From NCBI GenBank assembly GCA_029262755.1, contig JAJCYU010000008.1, positions 114 through 64,113 of the forward strand: DNA of 64,000 nucleotides, written 5' to 3'. The DNA comes from Anaerolineae bacterium. GTDB taxonomy: Bacteria; Chloroflexota; Anaerolineae; Epilineales; Epilineaceae. The position numbers and the translations under genes are program-made. Shown in pieces: positions 10,160-18,903 of this stretch (position 1 is the stretch's first letter; every line of letters begins with the position of its first letter). The notes under the pieces are model-generated. The model was not told where the DNA came from. It did no database searches and saw only the letters and a list, made by a program, of their open reading frames with translations.

Positions 10160-10812
10160 GTGTCCACTCGGCTGTACCACCTCACCCATGGCAGCAACCT
10201 GGCGGCGATCATCGCGCAGGGTGGATTGCGCTGCAAGCGGCAATTGCGGGAGGCCAACGTCGACCATCGAGACGTCGCGCGGCGCCCCCTGCAGGAGAGG
10301 AGATCCACCAGGCAGGTTCGTAAAGGGCCTGGCGGCACACTCCACGATTTCGTGCCTCTCTACTTCGCGCCGCGACCGCCCATGCTTTACGCGCTACTCG
10401 ATCCGAAGAGGCCAGATGGTCCTGTCGACGAACGCGCGATGAACTATCTGGTCACCGACACAGACATGGTCGAGCGTCACGAGCGACCCTTCGTCTTCAC
10501 CGATGGCCACGCGGTGATGGGGTTCACGCAGTTCCACAACAGTCTTGATGAACTGCCTCTGCTGGACTGGGAGGTCATTGAAAGCAGAGACTGGGCGGAC
10601 ACTAACGACGATCCGGACCGAAAGCGACGCAAGCAAGCCGAATTCCTCATTGCCGAGGAGGTTCCCTGGGCGATGATTCAGGAGATGGAGTCTTCGATGA
10701 GGTTGTCGAAGCCCGCGTTCGCGAGATCGTGCGCCAGGCCGGATCGGATCACGAGCCGACGGTACGCGTGCAACCCGGCTGGTAATATCATGTTGGAGGG
10801 AGGTCCCGATGA
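10160..10812 (+). pseudogene. darT: DarT (DUF4433) DNA ADP-ribosyltransferase toxin, disrupted
   Basis: LYHLTH..NL, VPLYFAPRPPMLY, FTDGHA, DRKRRKQAEFL. Frameshift at ~10686: the expected tail GVFDEVVEARVREIV...PTVRVQPGW is in another frame. That frame has TAA at 10783-10785 and TGA at 10810-10812 overlapping the darG ATG. Confidence 0.85.
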
Positions 10813-11870
10813 TCGAGCTTGGACGTGGCAACATTCTAGAGGTCGAAGCCGAGGCGCTCGTGAACACCGTCAACTGCGTCGGTGTTATGGGCAAGGGCAT
10901 CGCTCTGCAGTTCAAGCGGGCCTTTCCGCACAATTACGCTGCCTACCGGAAAGCGTGCGACGCAGGCGACGTCGCCCCTGGACGAATGCACGTCCATGCG
11001 ACGTCATCCTTGGTCGGGCCTCGGATCATCATCAACTTCCCGACGAAGCGCCACTGGCGCAATCCTTCTCAACTGGACGACGTCACGGAAGGGCTACGCG
11101 ACCTCGTCTGGATCGTGCGGGAGCACGGGATTCAGTCGATTGCGGTACCTCCGCTCGGATGCGGCAATGGCGGCCTTGATTGGGCGCAGGTGGAACCGCT
11201 CATCCGGAAGGCGTTCGAGCCGCTCGAAACAGTGCGCGTCATTCTCTATACGCCTGGTTACGCGCCCAGCGCGCGCGAGCGCCGACCGGCGCCCGGAGCG
11301 TGGAAGTGGACACCTGCCCGATCGCTGATGGTGCAGCTGATGGATGCTTACCGTCAGGGCGAGTACCGACTAAGCCTGCTTGAGATACAGAAACTCGCCT
11401 ACTTCATGCAGGAGGCGGGCGAGCCGATGAAGTTGAACTTCGTCAAGGCCGTGTACGGGCCGTACGCGGACAACGTGAGCCACCTGCTCCAGTCGATGGA
11501 AGGCCACGCGATCGATGGGGCAACAGACGAGCGGTCACCCGAAACGGAGATCGGGCTGCTCGAAGGCGCGGCCGAAGAGGCCCGCGACTATGCGATCGAT
11601 TCGTCTACGGTGGGCAGGCTCACTAGGGTGCTCAGCCTTATCGAAGGCTTCGAGACGCCGTATGGGATGGAGCTGCTCGCTTCGGTGCATTGGGTAGCGC
11701 GCGAGAGCGTGACCCACGAGAGGCCGTTGAATGACGATGCGCTTGTTCAGGCTATTCACGCCTGGAACGAGCGGAAGCGTCGATTGCTCAAGCCGGAGCA
11801 CATTCGCGTTGCGGCGAAGCATCTGCGCGCTCATGGTTGGATGGGCCAGTCATTGGCCGTGCCGGCCTAG
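10809..11870 (+). CDS. darG: DarG macrodomain antitoxin (DNA ADP-ribosylglycohydrolase)
   Basis: VNTVNCVGVMGKGIALQFK, IINFPTKRHW, PPLGCGNGGL, LEIQKLAYF, YGPYA, GFETPYGMELLASVHW. Directly downstream of darT. Confidence 0.93.
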   Translation: MIELGRGNILEVEAEALVNTVNCVGVMGKGIALQFKRAFPHNYAAYRKACDAGDVAPGRMHVHATSSLVGPRIIINFPTKRHWRNPSQLDDVTEGLRDLVWIVREHGIQSIAVPPLGCGNGGLDWAQVEPLIRKAFEPLETVRVILYTPGYAPSARERRPAPGAWKWTPARSLMVQLMDAYRQGEYRLSLLEIQKLAYFMQEAGEPMKLNFVKAVYGPYADNVSHLLQSMEGHAIDGATDERSPETEIGLLEGAAEEARDYAIDSSTVGRLTRVLSLIEGFETPYGMELLASVHWVARESVTHERPLNDDALVQAIHAWNERKRRLLKPEHIRVAAKHLRAHGWMGQSLAVPA

Positions 11871-11899
11871 GAGTGGTCATCGGCCCTGCGCGCCCCCGC

Positions 11900-12025
11900 C
11901 GACAGATCAATCCGACACGCCTCCAGAACCTCCGCCAAGAACGACTCTTCCAATCCCACGGTTCTCGTCTAGAAGTCCATGAGCTCCTTCAGCGGGGTTG
12001 CCCGAAGACCAGCCGGTAGGCGACC
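11900..12025 (-). pseudogene. possible degraded ParE/RelE-type toxin fragment
   Basis: Minus-strand pieces YRLVF and ELMDF*TRTVGLEESFLAEVLEAC resemble a ParE N-terminus, with stop and frameshift. Confidence 0.3.
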
Positions 12026-12054
12026 AGGCTTTGATTGAGCCGCACGATAAAAAT

Positions 12055-12219
12055 CCCGTGCGTATACCGACGAAAGCGGGCACCTGTCAGCGAAAGACCC
12101 GTTCACCCATGTCCAATCCGGGCACTTTTAGCACCCTGTCAGGACCCAGCGTCGCTTCGCTCCGACAGCTGCCCGGTTTCCTCGGAATGGGTGCCCGCTT
12201 TCGTCGGAATGAGCACGGG
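12055..12219. repeat. REP/MITE-like element with ~30-bp imperfect terminal inverted repeats
   Basis: cccgtgcgtataccgacgaaagcgggcacc (12055-12084) is the near-perfect reverse complement of ggtgcccgctttcgtcggaatgagcacggg (12190-12219). Confidence 0.65.
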
Positions 12220-12253
12220 TGCGCGATTGCCAGCTCCCCGGAGCCACCACCCC

Positions 12254-12310
12254 ATGACCATCTACGACCGCATCGGCCACCACTACGCCACGCGCCGCCG
12301 CCAAGACCCC
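12254..12310 (+). pseudogene. 5' stub of a class I SAM-dependent methyltransferase
   Basis: GGAG SD, then MTIYDRIGHHYATRRRQDP (YDRIG..YA..RRPDP-type start). Similarity ends abruptly at the YHYH remnant. Confidence 0.5.
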
Positions 12311-12890
12311 CTTCGTCGAAGGCGAAGCCGTACTCGCCGCGGAGGCCGTTGAGGATGGCGTTGCTGCCGGCCTCGCCGACGTGGTAGTGGTAACCGGGCA
12401 CAGCGTCGGAGTGGCCGCCGTTCGCGTCGAGGTCCGTCGGCGCTTGGCCGGCCTCGTCGTGGCTGGCGCAGAGGCCGTAGCCGTCGACGGCGTAGCCGAT
12501 GAGCGGTGCGTGATCTTCCTCGGTCGCCACCTCAACCGTGCAGCCGGTGTGGGCGCGGTAGTGGTAGCCGGCCACGGGGTTGACGTGACCGCCGCAGTCG
12601 TCGAAGGGTGCCAGGGTGTAGGCGCCGAGGATGGCGTCGACGGGGGCGGCCAGGTCCTGCGCGGCCTCTTGCGCTCCCGTTTGCTGCGCTCCGGCCTGTT
12701 ACACGCCGGTCTCTGGCGCGTCGGAATCCGGCGCCTCGCGGTCTTCTGGGGCCTGCTCGACGGCCTCCGGCGCGGCCATTCGCGCGGTCGGGGGAGGGTC
12801 GACCGGCCGGGCGCAACCGGCGAGCGGCACGAGCGCTGCGAGGACGTCCGCGGCCAAGGAGGCCGGGAGAGATGCGCGGGACGGGTGCAT
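12311..12890 (-). pseudogene. YHYH-domain lipoprotein, disrupted
   Basis: Lipobox-like VPLAGC, in-frame TAA at 12699-12701, same frame continues FDDCGGHVNPVAGYHY...IGYAVDGY...DLDANGGH...GYHYH. Central part appears deleted. Confidence 0.7.
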
Positions 12891-13036
12891 GGGACGACTC
12901 TGAAGGGCGAAGCGACGCGCCCGGGTTGCACAACGGGGTGGAGGATACGGGTCGTCTGTTAGGCGGCGGCAAGGGGCGGCGCAAGGAGAAGGTTGGTTGA
13001 CTGCGATGGCGAGCGGTGGGGTCGCCAATCTCACGG

Positions 13037-15868
13037 TCAGGAGGTCTCGTCGCTCCCTCCGCCGCCGTCCCCGCCGCCCGTACCACCGCCCTCCTGCGCC
13101 ACCCGCCGCATGATGCGCCGTGCCACGCGCTCGATCCCGAGCGCAGCGCCCTCCGCGCGCGCCGCCGCGTGCGCCTGCGTGCGCAGCGGCTCGAGGACCC
13201 GGTCGTAGTCCTCCACGGCGAGGTCGAGGTGACCTTCGGCGGCACCGACGATCCACGCCGCCTCCTCGCCGCGGTCGAGGTCCAGGCACGTTATGGCGAG
13301 AGCGGCCAAGGCGAGGCAGATGTAATTCTCCGTCCCGAGGTTCTGTTCCGAGCGTAGCAGGTAGTCCAGGCTATTGAGGAGGATGGGCATGGCGTCTCGC
13401 GTTCGTCCGTCCAGGGCCAGGGAGGCGGCCCACTCGGTCTTCGACTTGGCGACCATGTCGCGGTTGCCCAACGCGGCGTAGCCTTCGATTGCGCTGCATG
13501 CATGCTCCGCGGCGGCGCCGGGTTCGCCGAGCCGGCGATAGCAGATGGCGACCATGCTGTGGGCGCCCGCCTCGTACTGCTGGTAGCGGATGCCGCGGAA
13601 GACGTCCAGCGCCTCCTGGAAGCCGGCGAGCGATTCCTCGAGCCGCCCTTGTTGCATGCGCAGATTGGCCAAGGTGGCTAGTGAGGTGCCGAGCGTCACC
13701 GAGTTGATGTCGCTGCGGTCTAGGCCGAGGACCTCCTCCAGCAGTTGCTCCGCCCTCGACGCAAGGCCGATGTTGGATGCCGTAAGGGCCGCTGTCTGCA
13801 GCGCCTGACCAAGGCCACGTGAGGTGCCTTCCTCGCGTACGAGAGCCAATCTGCGCAGGGCCGCCTCGTAGGCTGCTTCCCGCTTGTTTTGAAATTTCAG
13901 GAGCGAATGCTCGATATACGCCGCAAGCCGCCGTTCCTCGGGGCCGTCGGCACCGTGGGCCAGAACGTGCGCTTCTTCCAACAACGTCATCGCGGCCTGC
14001 GACTCACCACGGACATAGAGCTGGCGTCCCAGGGAACAAAGTGCCCGCGCTCGAAGAAGGCTCTGCTCGGCAGGCGTATCCCGTTCCAAGAGCACGTGCG
14101 CGAGCGCGAGCAGATCGGGCATCGCATAGCGCACCGTCCAGTAGGCGATGACGTTCGCGAAGACCTTCATGCCCGCGGTCACGTCGCCCTCGGTGCTTGC
14201 CCAGCGCAGCGCGGCGAGGAGGTTGTCGCGATCGCGATCGAGCCGATCCAGCGTATCCGACATCGCCTCTCCCCTCAGGCCGTCTCTCGCTGAATCGCAC
14301 AGCGCCGCGGCCCACGCGAGATGCCGCTCGCGCAGCCGGACCTCGGCGCCCGCTTCGGCCAGGCGCTGCGCGGCGAACGCGCGCACCGACTCCAGCAGGT
14401 CGTAGCGCGGGGGGGTGTCGTCGGTGTCCACAGTCACCAGCGATTTCTCGACGAGCTCGCTGAGCAGGTCCAGCACCGCCCAATCCTCGACCGCCTCGCC
14501 GGCGCAGACGGCCTCCGCCGCCTCCAGGTCGAAGCCGCCGGCGAAGACGCACAGTCGTTGCAGCAGCGCCTGCTCGGGCTCGTCGAGCAGGCGGTAGCTC
14601 CAGTCCAGCGTCTCGTGCAGGGCCTGGTGGCGGGGCAGTGCCGTGCGCCGGCCGGCGGTGAGCAGGCGGAAGCGCTGGTCGAGGCGGTCGAGGATCTGCC
14701 GGGGCGACATCGCCTTTACCCGCGCCGCCGCCAACTCGATGGCCAGCGGCAGACCGTCCAGGCGCCGGCAGAGCTCCACCACGTCGGCCGTGTTGCCGGC
14801 GTCGAGCGCGAAGTCGCGCCGAACAGCCTTCGCGCGGTCGAGAAAGAGTCGTACCGCGGCGTAGTCCGCGGCCGTTTCGGGTGTCGGGGGCGCTTCGTTC
14901 TCGGGCGGCGCGCTGAGGGCCGGCACGGCGTAGACGTGCTCGCCGTCAACGCGCAAGGCCTCGCGGCTGGTGGCCAGGACGCTCAGGCCGGGATGGGCCA
15001 TGGCGAGCGATTCGACGAGCGTCGCGCAGGAATCGATGACATGTTCGCAGTTGTCGAGCAGCAGCAGGAGCCGGCGCTCCTGCAGGAAGTCGTGCAGGGT
15101 GGCCTCCAGCGGCCGTCCCGGCTGCTCGCGCAGGCCGAGGCCCGCGGCCACCGATTCGACCACGCCCGCGCCGGGCTGGAGGGACGCAAGGTCAACCAGC
15201 CACGCGCCCTGCGGGAAGCTGCGCAAGGCCTGGAGCGCGGCGTGCAGCGCCAGCCGCGTCTTGCCCGTGCCGCCGGGGCCGGTGAGGGTGACGATGCCGT
15301 GGCGCCCGATGGCCTCCGTGACATGGGCCAACGAGCGCTGGCGCCCCACGAAGCTGCTGCGCCCGCGCGGAAGATTGTGCGGCGGGTCGGCGGAGCCGGC
15401 GGCGACGGGCGCGCCGGCCGGGGGCCCGGCGAGGTCGGCGTCGGAGCCGAACCCAGAGCGGGCGCGTTGGGCGGCGGCCTCGTCGCCCAGCGCGCGGTGC
15501 ACGCTCTCGGCCAGGCGGGGCAGGGCGGCGTCGAAGCCGAGGGCATGAGCGTCCACGTACTGGATGCGCCCGAGCTGGAAGTGCAGCTCGGTGGGCTGGA
15601 GCAGCACGGGCAGCACCGGCGTGCCGCGATCCAGGGCGTGCTGCCACTCGTCCTCGACGTTGGAGGAGGCCATGGCCGCCGGCGTCACGACGAGGATGAG
15701 GACGTCCGCCGAACGTAGCGCCTCTTGGATGGCCGTGCTCCAGCGCGCGCCGCCGTGGATGCCCTCACGGTCGATCCACGGCTCGATGCCGTGCGCGGGC
15801 AGGGCGGCGGCCAGGCGACGCGTAAACGGCTCGTCGCAGCGAGCGTAGCTGAGGAAGGCGCGGATCAT
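13037..15868 (-). CDS. TIR-STAND NTPase-wHTH-TPR protein (NLR-like)
   Basis: TIR: FLSYAR, WIDRE, SSNVEDEW. NTPase: FVGR, GPGGTGKTRLA, LLLLDNCEH, ATSRE, LDGLPLAIELAAAR. C-terminal TPR-like helices. ATG 15868 overlaps upstream TGA. Confidence 0.9.
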   Translation of the reverse strand: MIRAFLSYARCDEPFTRRLAAALPAHGIEPWIDREGIHGGARWSTAIQEALRSADVLILVVTPAAMASSNVEDEWQHALDRGTPVLPVLLQPTELHFQLGRIQYVDAHALGFDAALPRLAESVHRALGDEAAAQRARSGFGSDADLAGPPAGAPVAAGSADPPHNLPRGRSSFVGRQRSLAHVTEAIGRHGIVTLTGPGGTGKTRLALHAALQALRSFPQGAWLVDLASLQPGAGVVESVAAGLGLREQPGRPLEATLHDFLQERRLLLLLDNCEHVIDSCATLVESLAMAHPGLSVLATSREALRVDGEHVYAVPALSAPPENEAPPTPETAADYAAVRLFLDRAKAVRRDFALDAGNTADVVELCRRLDGLPLAIELAAARVKAMSPRQILDRLDQRFRLLTAGRRTALPRHQALHETLDWSYRLLDEPEQALLQRLCVFAGGFDLEAAEAVCAGEAVEDWAVLDLLSELVEKSLVTVDTDDTPPRYDLLESVRAFAAQRLAEAGAEVRLRERHLAWAAALCDSARDGLRGEAMSDTLDRLDRDRDNLLAALRWASTEGDVTAGMKVFANVIAYWTVRYAMPDLLALAHVLLERDTPAEQSLLRARALCSLGRQLYVRGESQAAMTLLEEAHVLAHGADGPEERRLAAYIEHSLLKFQNKREAAYEAALRRLALVREEGTSRGLGQALQTAALTASNIGLASRAEQLLEEVLGLDRSDINSVTLGTSLATLANLRMQQGRLEESLAGFQEALDVFRGIRYQQYEAGAHSMVAICYRRLGEPGAAAEHACSAIEGYAALGNRDMVAKSKTEWAASLALDGRTRDAMPILLNSLDYLLRSEQNLGTENYICLALAALAITCLDLDRGEEAAWIVGAAEGHLDLAVEDYDRVLEPLRTQAHAAARAEGAALGIERVARRIMRRVAQEGGGTGGGDGGGGSDETS

Positions 15869-16431
15869 GGACGCCACCCCCACAACGCCCCCACGGGCAC
15901 GGCATGGATGTTCGCCGCGAAGGGCACGACCTCGCTGCCGCCGTAGATCACCAAGCCGCGGTGGAAGCGCTCGCCGGCCAGTTCGGCGAAGGCGCGGATG
16001 CCGCGCAGGTGACGATCGGAGAGGGAGGTGGAGGCCTTCACCTCGATGGCCACGCAGCGGCCCTGAGCGTCTTCCAGGATGAGGTCAACTTCCCGTCCTC
16101 GATGCGTGCGCAGGTGGTGGAGGTGGGCGCGCGTCGTCGACCAACCCAGCTGCTTGGCGATCTCCGTCGACACGAAGGTCTCGAGCAACGGGCCGATGGG
16201 CGTGGGCTCGGTGCGCAGACGCTCCGGGCTCAAGCCCAGGAGGTGGGCCGCAAGGCCGGAGTCGCTGATCACGGTCGCGTCGTCCAACGGGAGATAGCGT
16301 GCGGGGAGGGCCTCTTCCGCAAGGGCGCGGACGAGCGTGCTCTTGCCGACCTGCCGCGCGCCCGACAGGAAGACGACGGGCGTATCGGCAAGTGCGGCCA
16401 GCAAAGGTGGTGTTAGGGCGCGGGGCTTCAT
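15865..16431 (-). CDS. AAA+ ATPase/DUF4143 protein with large in-frame internal deletion (possible pseudogene)
   Basis: GARQVGKST...LDD joined directly to DSGLAAHLL...LLETFV..E...EVDLILE...AIEVK. Walker B region absent; 188 aa versus roughly 400 aa for the family. Confidence 0.75.
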   Translation of the reverse strand: MKPRALTPPLLAALADTPVVFLSGARQVGKSTLVRALAEEALPARYLPLDDATVISDSGLAAHLLGLSPERLRTEPTPIGPLLETFVSTEIAKQLGWSTTRAHLHHLRTHRGREVDLILEDAQGRCVAIEVKASTSLSDRHLRGIRAFAELAGERFHRGLVIYGGSEVVPFAANIHAVPVGALWGWRP

Positions 16432-16454
16432 GGGCGAGAGCGTAGTACGTGTGT

Positions 16455-16491
16455 GGTGGAATATCCACCACGCTATGGCGGATATTCCACC
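16455..16491. promoter_or_regulatory. 16-bp inverted repeat (operator or hairpin) upstream of the AAA-DUF4143/TIR operon
   Basis: ggtggaatatccacca-cgcta-tggcggatattccacc, one mismatch. Confidence 0.5.
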
Positions 16492-16850
16492 GTGTACGAA
16501 CGGGCGTGGCCATCCGGTCGCACACCTAGTAGTCCAACCAGCCTGAATCTACGGGTTCGGGAGCCACTGCATCCACGCCAGCGGCCCGCCGCTCGTCGGC
16601 AATAGCGATGCTATTCAGTCCTCTCTGCGAACCACCGGCGCGGCGCATTGGCTCCCTCACTACCCGCATCTCCAAGCTGGTTGGACTACTAGCCGGTTAC
16701 GCCGGCCTCGGCCAGCCGGGCGCGCGCGTACTGGCGCACGGTCTCCAGCAGCCGTTGGTGCGTCGCCTCGCCCATGGCCTCTTTCTACGACGGCGGCCCA
16801 GGGCGCGACCTGAGCCGCGTCCCAGCGGGCGGCGCCCGGCCGGCAGGCCC

Positions 16851-17522
16851 TCAGGCCCAGATCCGCCCCCGCCGCGGATCGCCCTCCGACGCGCTCGGCA
16901 AAGCCAGCGCTGTCCCCGCCGCCACCCGCGCCGCGCTCCACGCCCCTGCCGCAGCGTCCACGATATCGTCCGCGCCTACGTGCCCGCACGGGAGCGTCTC
17001 CGGCAGCCGGATTCCCGCCTCTGCCAGCAGCACCACCCGCTCGCGCAACCCGTTCCACGACTTCTTCGCGAACGGCAGCACATCGCCCTTCATCGCCCGG
17101 AACGAGACCTCCGGGTGCACCTCGAACACGCGCGAATCGGCGGCGAGCGCGTCGGCCTCGAATATGTTGAGGCGCAGCGCGTAGGTCTGGCGAGAGATGC
17201 CCTTGCTGTAGAGCTTGCGCGATACCGCGTTGGCCTCGGCGTAGGTATCGGCCTGGAGGACCTCGCGGTGCGGCATGGGGAAGACGCTCGAGCGACGAGC
17301 ACCCACGAACGCGCGCGCCTCGAGATCGGCCGGTCGCGAATCGCCCTCCGGGAAGCCGATGGGCACGTCGATGCCGAAGGCCAGCGCGTCGGGGTGCGCG
17401 GCCACGATCTCGGCCAGCGTGGCGTAGACCGCGCAATCGGCGAAGGCGCCGTCCTCGAGTTCAACGGCCACCCACTTGGTCTTGGCGCCGTCGATGCCGA
17501 CGACTTTGGTCACGGTGTGCAT
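16851..17522 (-). CDS. DUF429 family protein (predicted RNase H-like nuclease)
   Basis: VVGIDG, IDVPIG, SSVFPMP, FEVHPEVSF, DDIVDA. AAAGGA SD before ATG 17522. Confidence 0.85.
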   Translation of the reverse strand: MHTVTKVVGIDGAKTKWVAVELEDGAFADCAVYATLAEIVAAHPDALAFGIDVPIGFPEGDSRPADLEARAFVGARRSSVFPMPHREVLQADTYAEANAVSRKLYSKGISRQTYALRLNIFEADALAADSRVFEVHPEVSFRAMKGDVLPFAKKSWNGLRERVVLLAEAGIRLPETLPCGHVGADDIVDAAAGAWSAARVAAGTALALPSASEGDPRRGRIWA

Positions 17523-17533
17523 CGAAGCGTCCT

Positions 17534-18247
17534 TTATGTGGATACCGATCCAGTCCGCGATCCCGAATCTGACGTCGATTCGGAACTGGACTTCGAACCC
17601 GATGCCGAACCTTCCCCCTCGCCCGCCTCCGTCCCCACCACCGTCGCCCCAAAGTCCCCCGATGCGCGGTCCTCCGAGTGCCGGTAGCGCAGCGTGGCGT
17701 TGCTCAGGCTGCGTAGCGCGTCGGCCTCGCCGCCTTGTGCGAGCTGCACGGAGTTCTGACGTTGCAGGCCGAGGGCCACGCCGATCTCCACGGCGTCCGG
17801 TGTGGAGGCGAGGTACACAATCGTCCAGTTGCCGCGGTCGGTCAGCTCGCGGACCTTGGACTGGACGGCTGCGTGGCTCCATTCGGTGCTGGCGTTCTCG
17901 TGGCCGTCCGTGATGATCACAAAGAGCGCGCGGTCCGTGCTCTTAACGCCGGCTTCCAGCGACACCATCGTCTGCCCCATGGCGTCGAAGAGCGGCGTGC
18001 TGCCCTGCGGCCGGTAGTCCGCGTCGGTCATGGGCAGCATCTCGGCCAGGGGCACGCCCGCGTTGCGCAACTCCACGTCGCGCCCGCCGAACAGCGTCAG
18101 GGACCAGCGGACGTCGTCGGCGGTGGATTGCTGCTGCTCGCCCAGGTAGGCGTTGTAGCTGCCGAGGGCGTCGGCGCGAATAGCGTTCATCGAACCCGAG
18201 CGGTCCAGCAAGACGGCGATGTGCGTGCGTTGTTTCTTCGTGGCCAT
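17534..18247 (-). CDS. von Willebrand factor A (MIDAS) domain protein
   Basis: LLDRSGSM, GSTPLFDA, IITDGHENAS. GGAGGT SD before ATG 18247. Confidence 0.88.
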   Translation of the reverse strand: MATKKQRTHIAVLLDRSGSMNAIRADALGSYNAYLGEQQQSTADDVRWSLTLFGGRDVELRNAGVPLAEMLPMTDADYRPQGSTPLFDAMGQTMVSLEAGVKSTDRALFVIITDGHENASTEWSHAAVQSKVRELTDRGNWTIVYLASTPDAVEIGVALGLQRQNSVQLAQGGEADALRSLSNATLRYRHSEDRASGDFGATVVGTEAGEGEGSASGSKSSSESTSDSGSRTGSVST

Positions 18248-18341
18248 GAGGGTCACCTCCTGACTCAAGCCTAGGCGCCCCTCCAACTGCGCCGTGGCTC
18301 CGTGCTGCGCTGGCACGTATTCAGGAGTCGCCCGCGCACGG

Positions 18342-18457
18342 GTACCGCTCTCTGACTGGCACACAGGCTCGGGGACCCAGACCTCGCAGACGCGATCATG
18401 GACCGCCTCGTTCACAGCGCCTACAGCATCCAAATGAAGGCAGATTCCCAACGCAAG
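18342..18457 (+). mobile_element. istB: IS21-family istB 3' remnant
   Basis: VPLSDWH, then frameshift, then LGDPDLADAIMDRLVHSAYSIQMKADSQRK, matching the IstB C-terminal motif. Confidence 0.65.
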
Positions 18458-18521
18458 ACAGGCCGTTTTCTGGTAGACGGAGCGGAAGCTAGACTGCGCG
18501 CAGGCAATAAGGAGTCGTAGC

Positions 18522-18773
18522 ATGGAACAGTCCACGGCCGGAGTTCTCGAACGGTTGCTCATCGAGACACAGCAGACAGAGCCTGAACTTATGGCGCTCG
18601 TCTTTCGGACGGGGCTGCGTCAGGTGTGGCGTGAGCACGTTTTGGGTCGATATTTGCGCGGAGAGATCGAGCGGGAGGAGGCGGCCGAAACGGTTGGGCT
18701 CGACTGGGTCGAGTTGGCCGAGCGGCAGCGCGATGCGGCCCTCGATGATGTGGATTGGGCGCTCGTCGCTTGA
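18522..18773 (+). CDS. small putative antitoxin (UPF0175-like)
   Basis: AAGGAG SD, 83 aa, YLRGEIEREEAAETVG. TGA overlaps the TTG of a PIN fragment. Confidence 0.6.
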   Translation: MEQSTAGVLERLLIETQQTEPELMALVFRTGLRQVWREHVLGRYLRGEIEREEAAETVGLDWVELAERQRDAALDDVDWALVA

Positions 18774-18900
18774 CCAAAGCCGTCTGCGACGCGGGACCGC
18801 TAATCCACCTGCACGAGATCGGAATTCTCGATTCCCATGCAGTCTTCGCCGCGATCCATGTTCCTGGTGCGGTGTGGCAAGAAGCGATGGAGCTCCCCCC
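18770..18900 (+). pseudogene. truncated PIN-domain (DUF3368-like) toxin
   Basis: MTKAVCDAGPLIHL.EIG.LD...IHVPGAVWQE. Similarity stops where the convergent MazG-like gene ends. Confidence 0.65.
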
Positions 18901-18903
18901 CGC

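Noticed and set aside
10686..11179. 339-aa ORF 10160-11179 as a long DarT fusion
   Set aside because: The extension results from the frameshift and overlaps darG out of frame.
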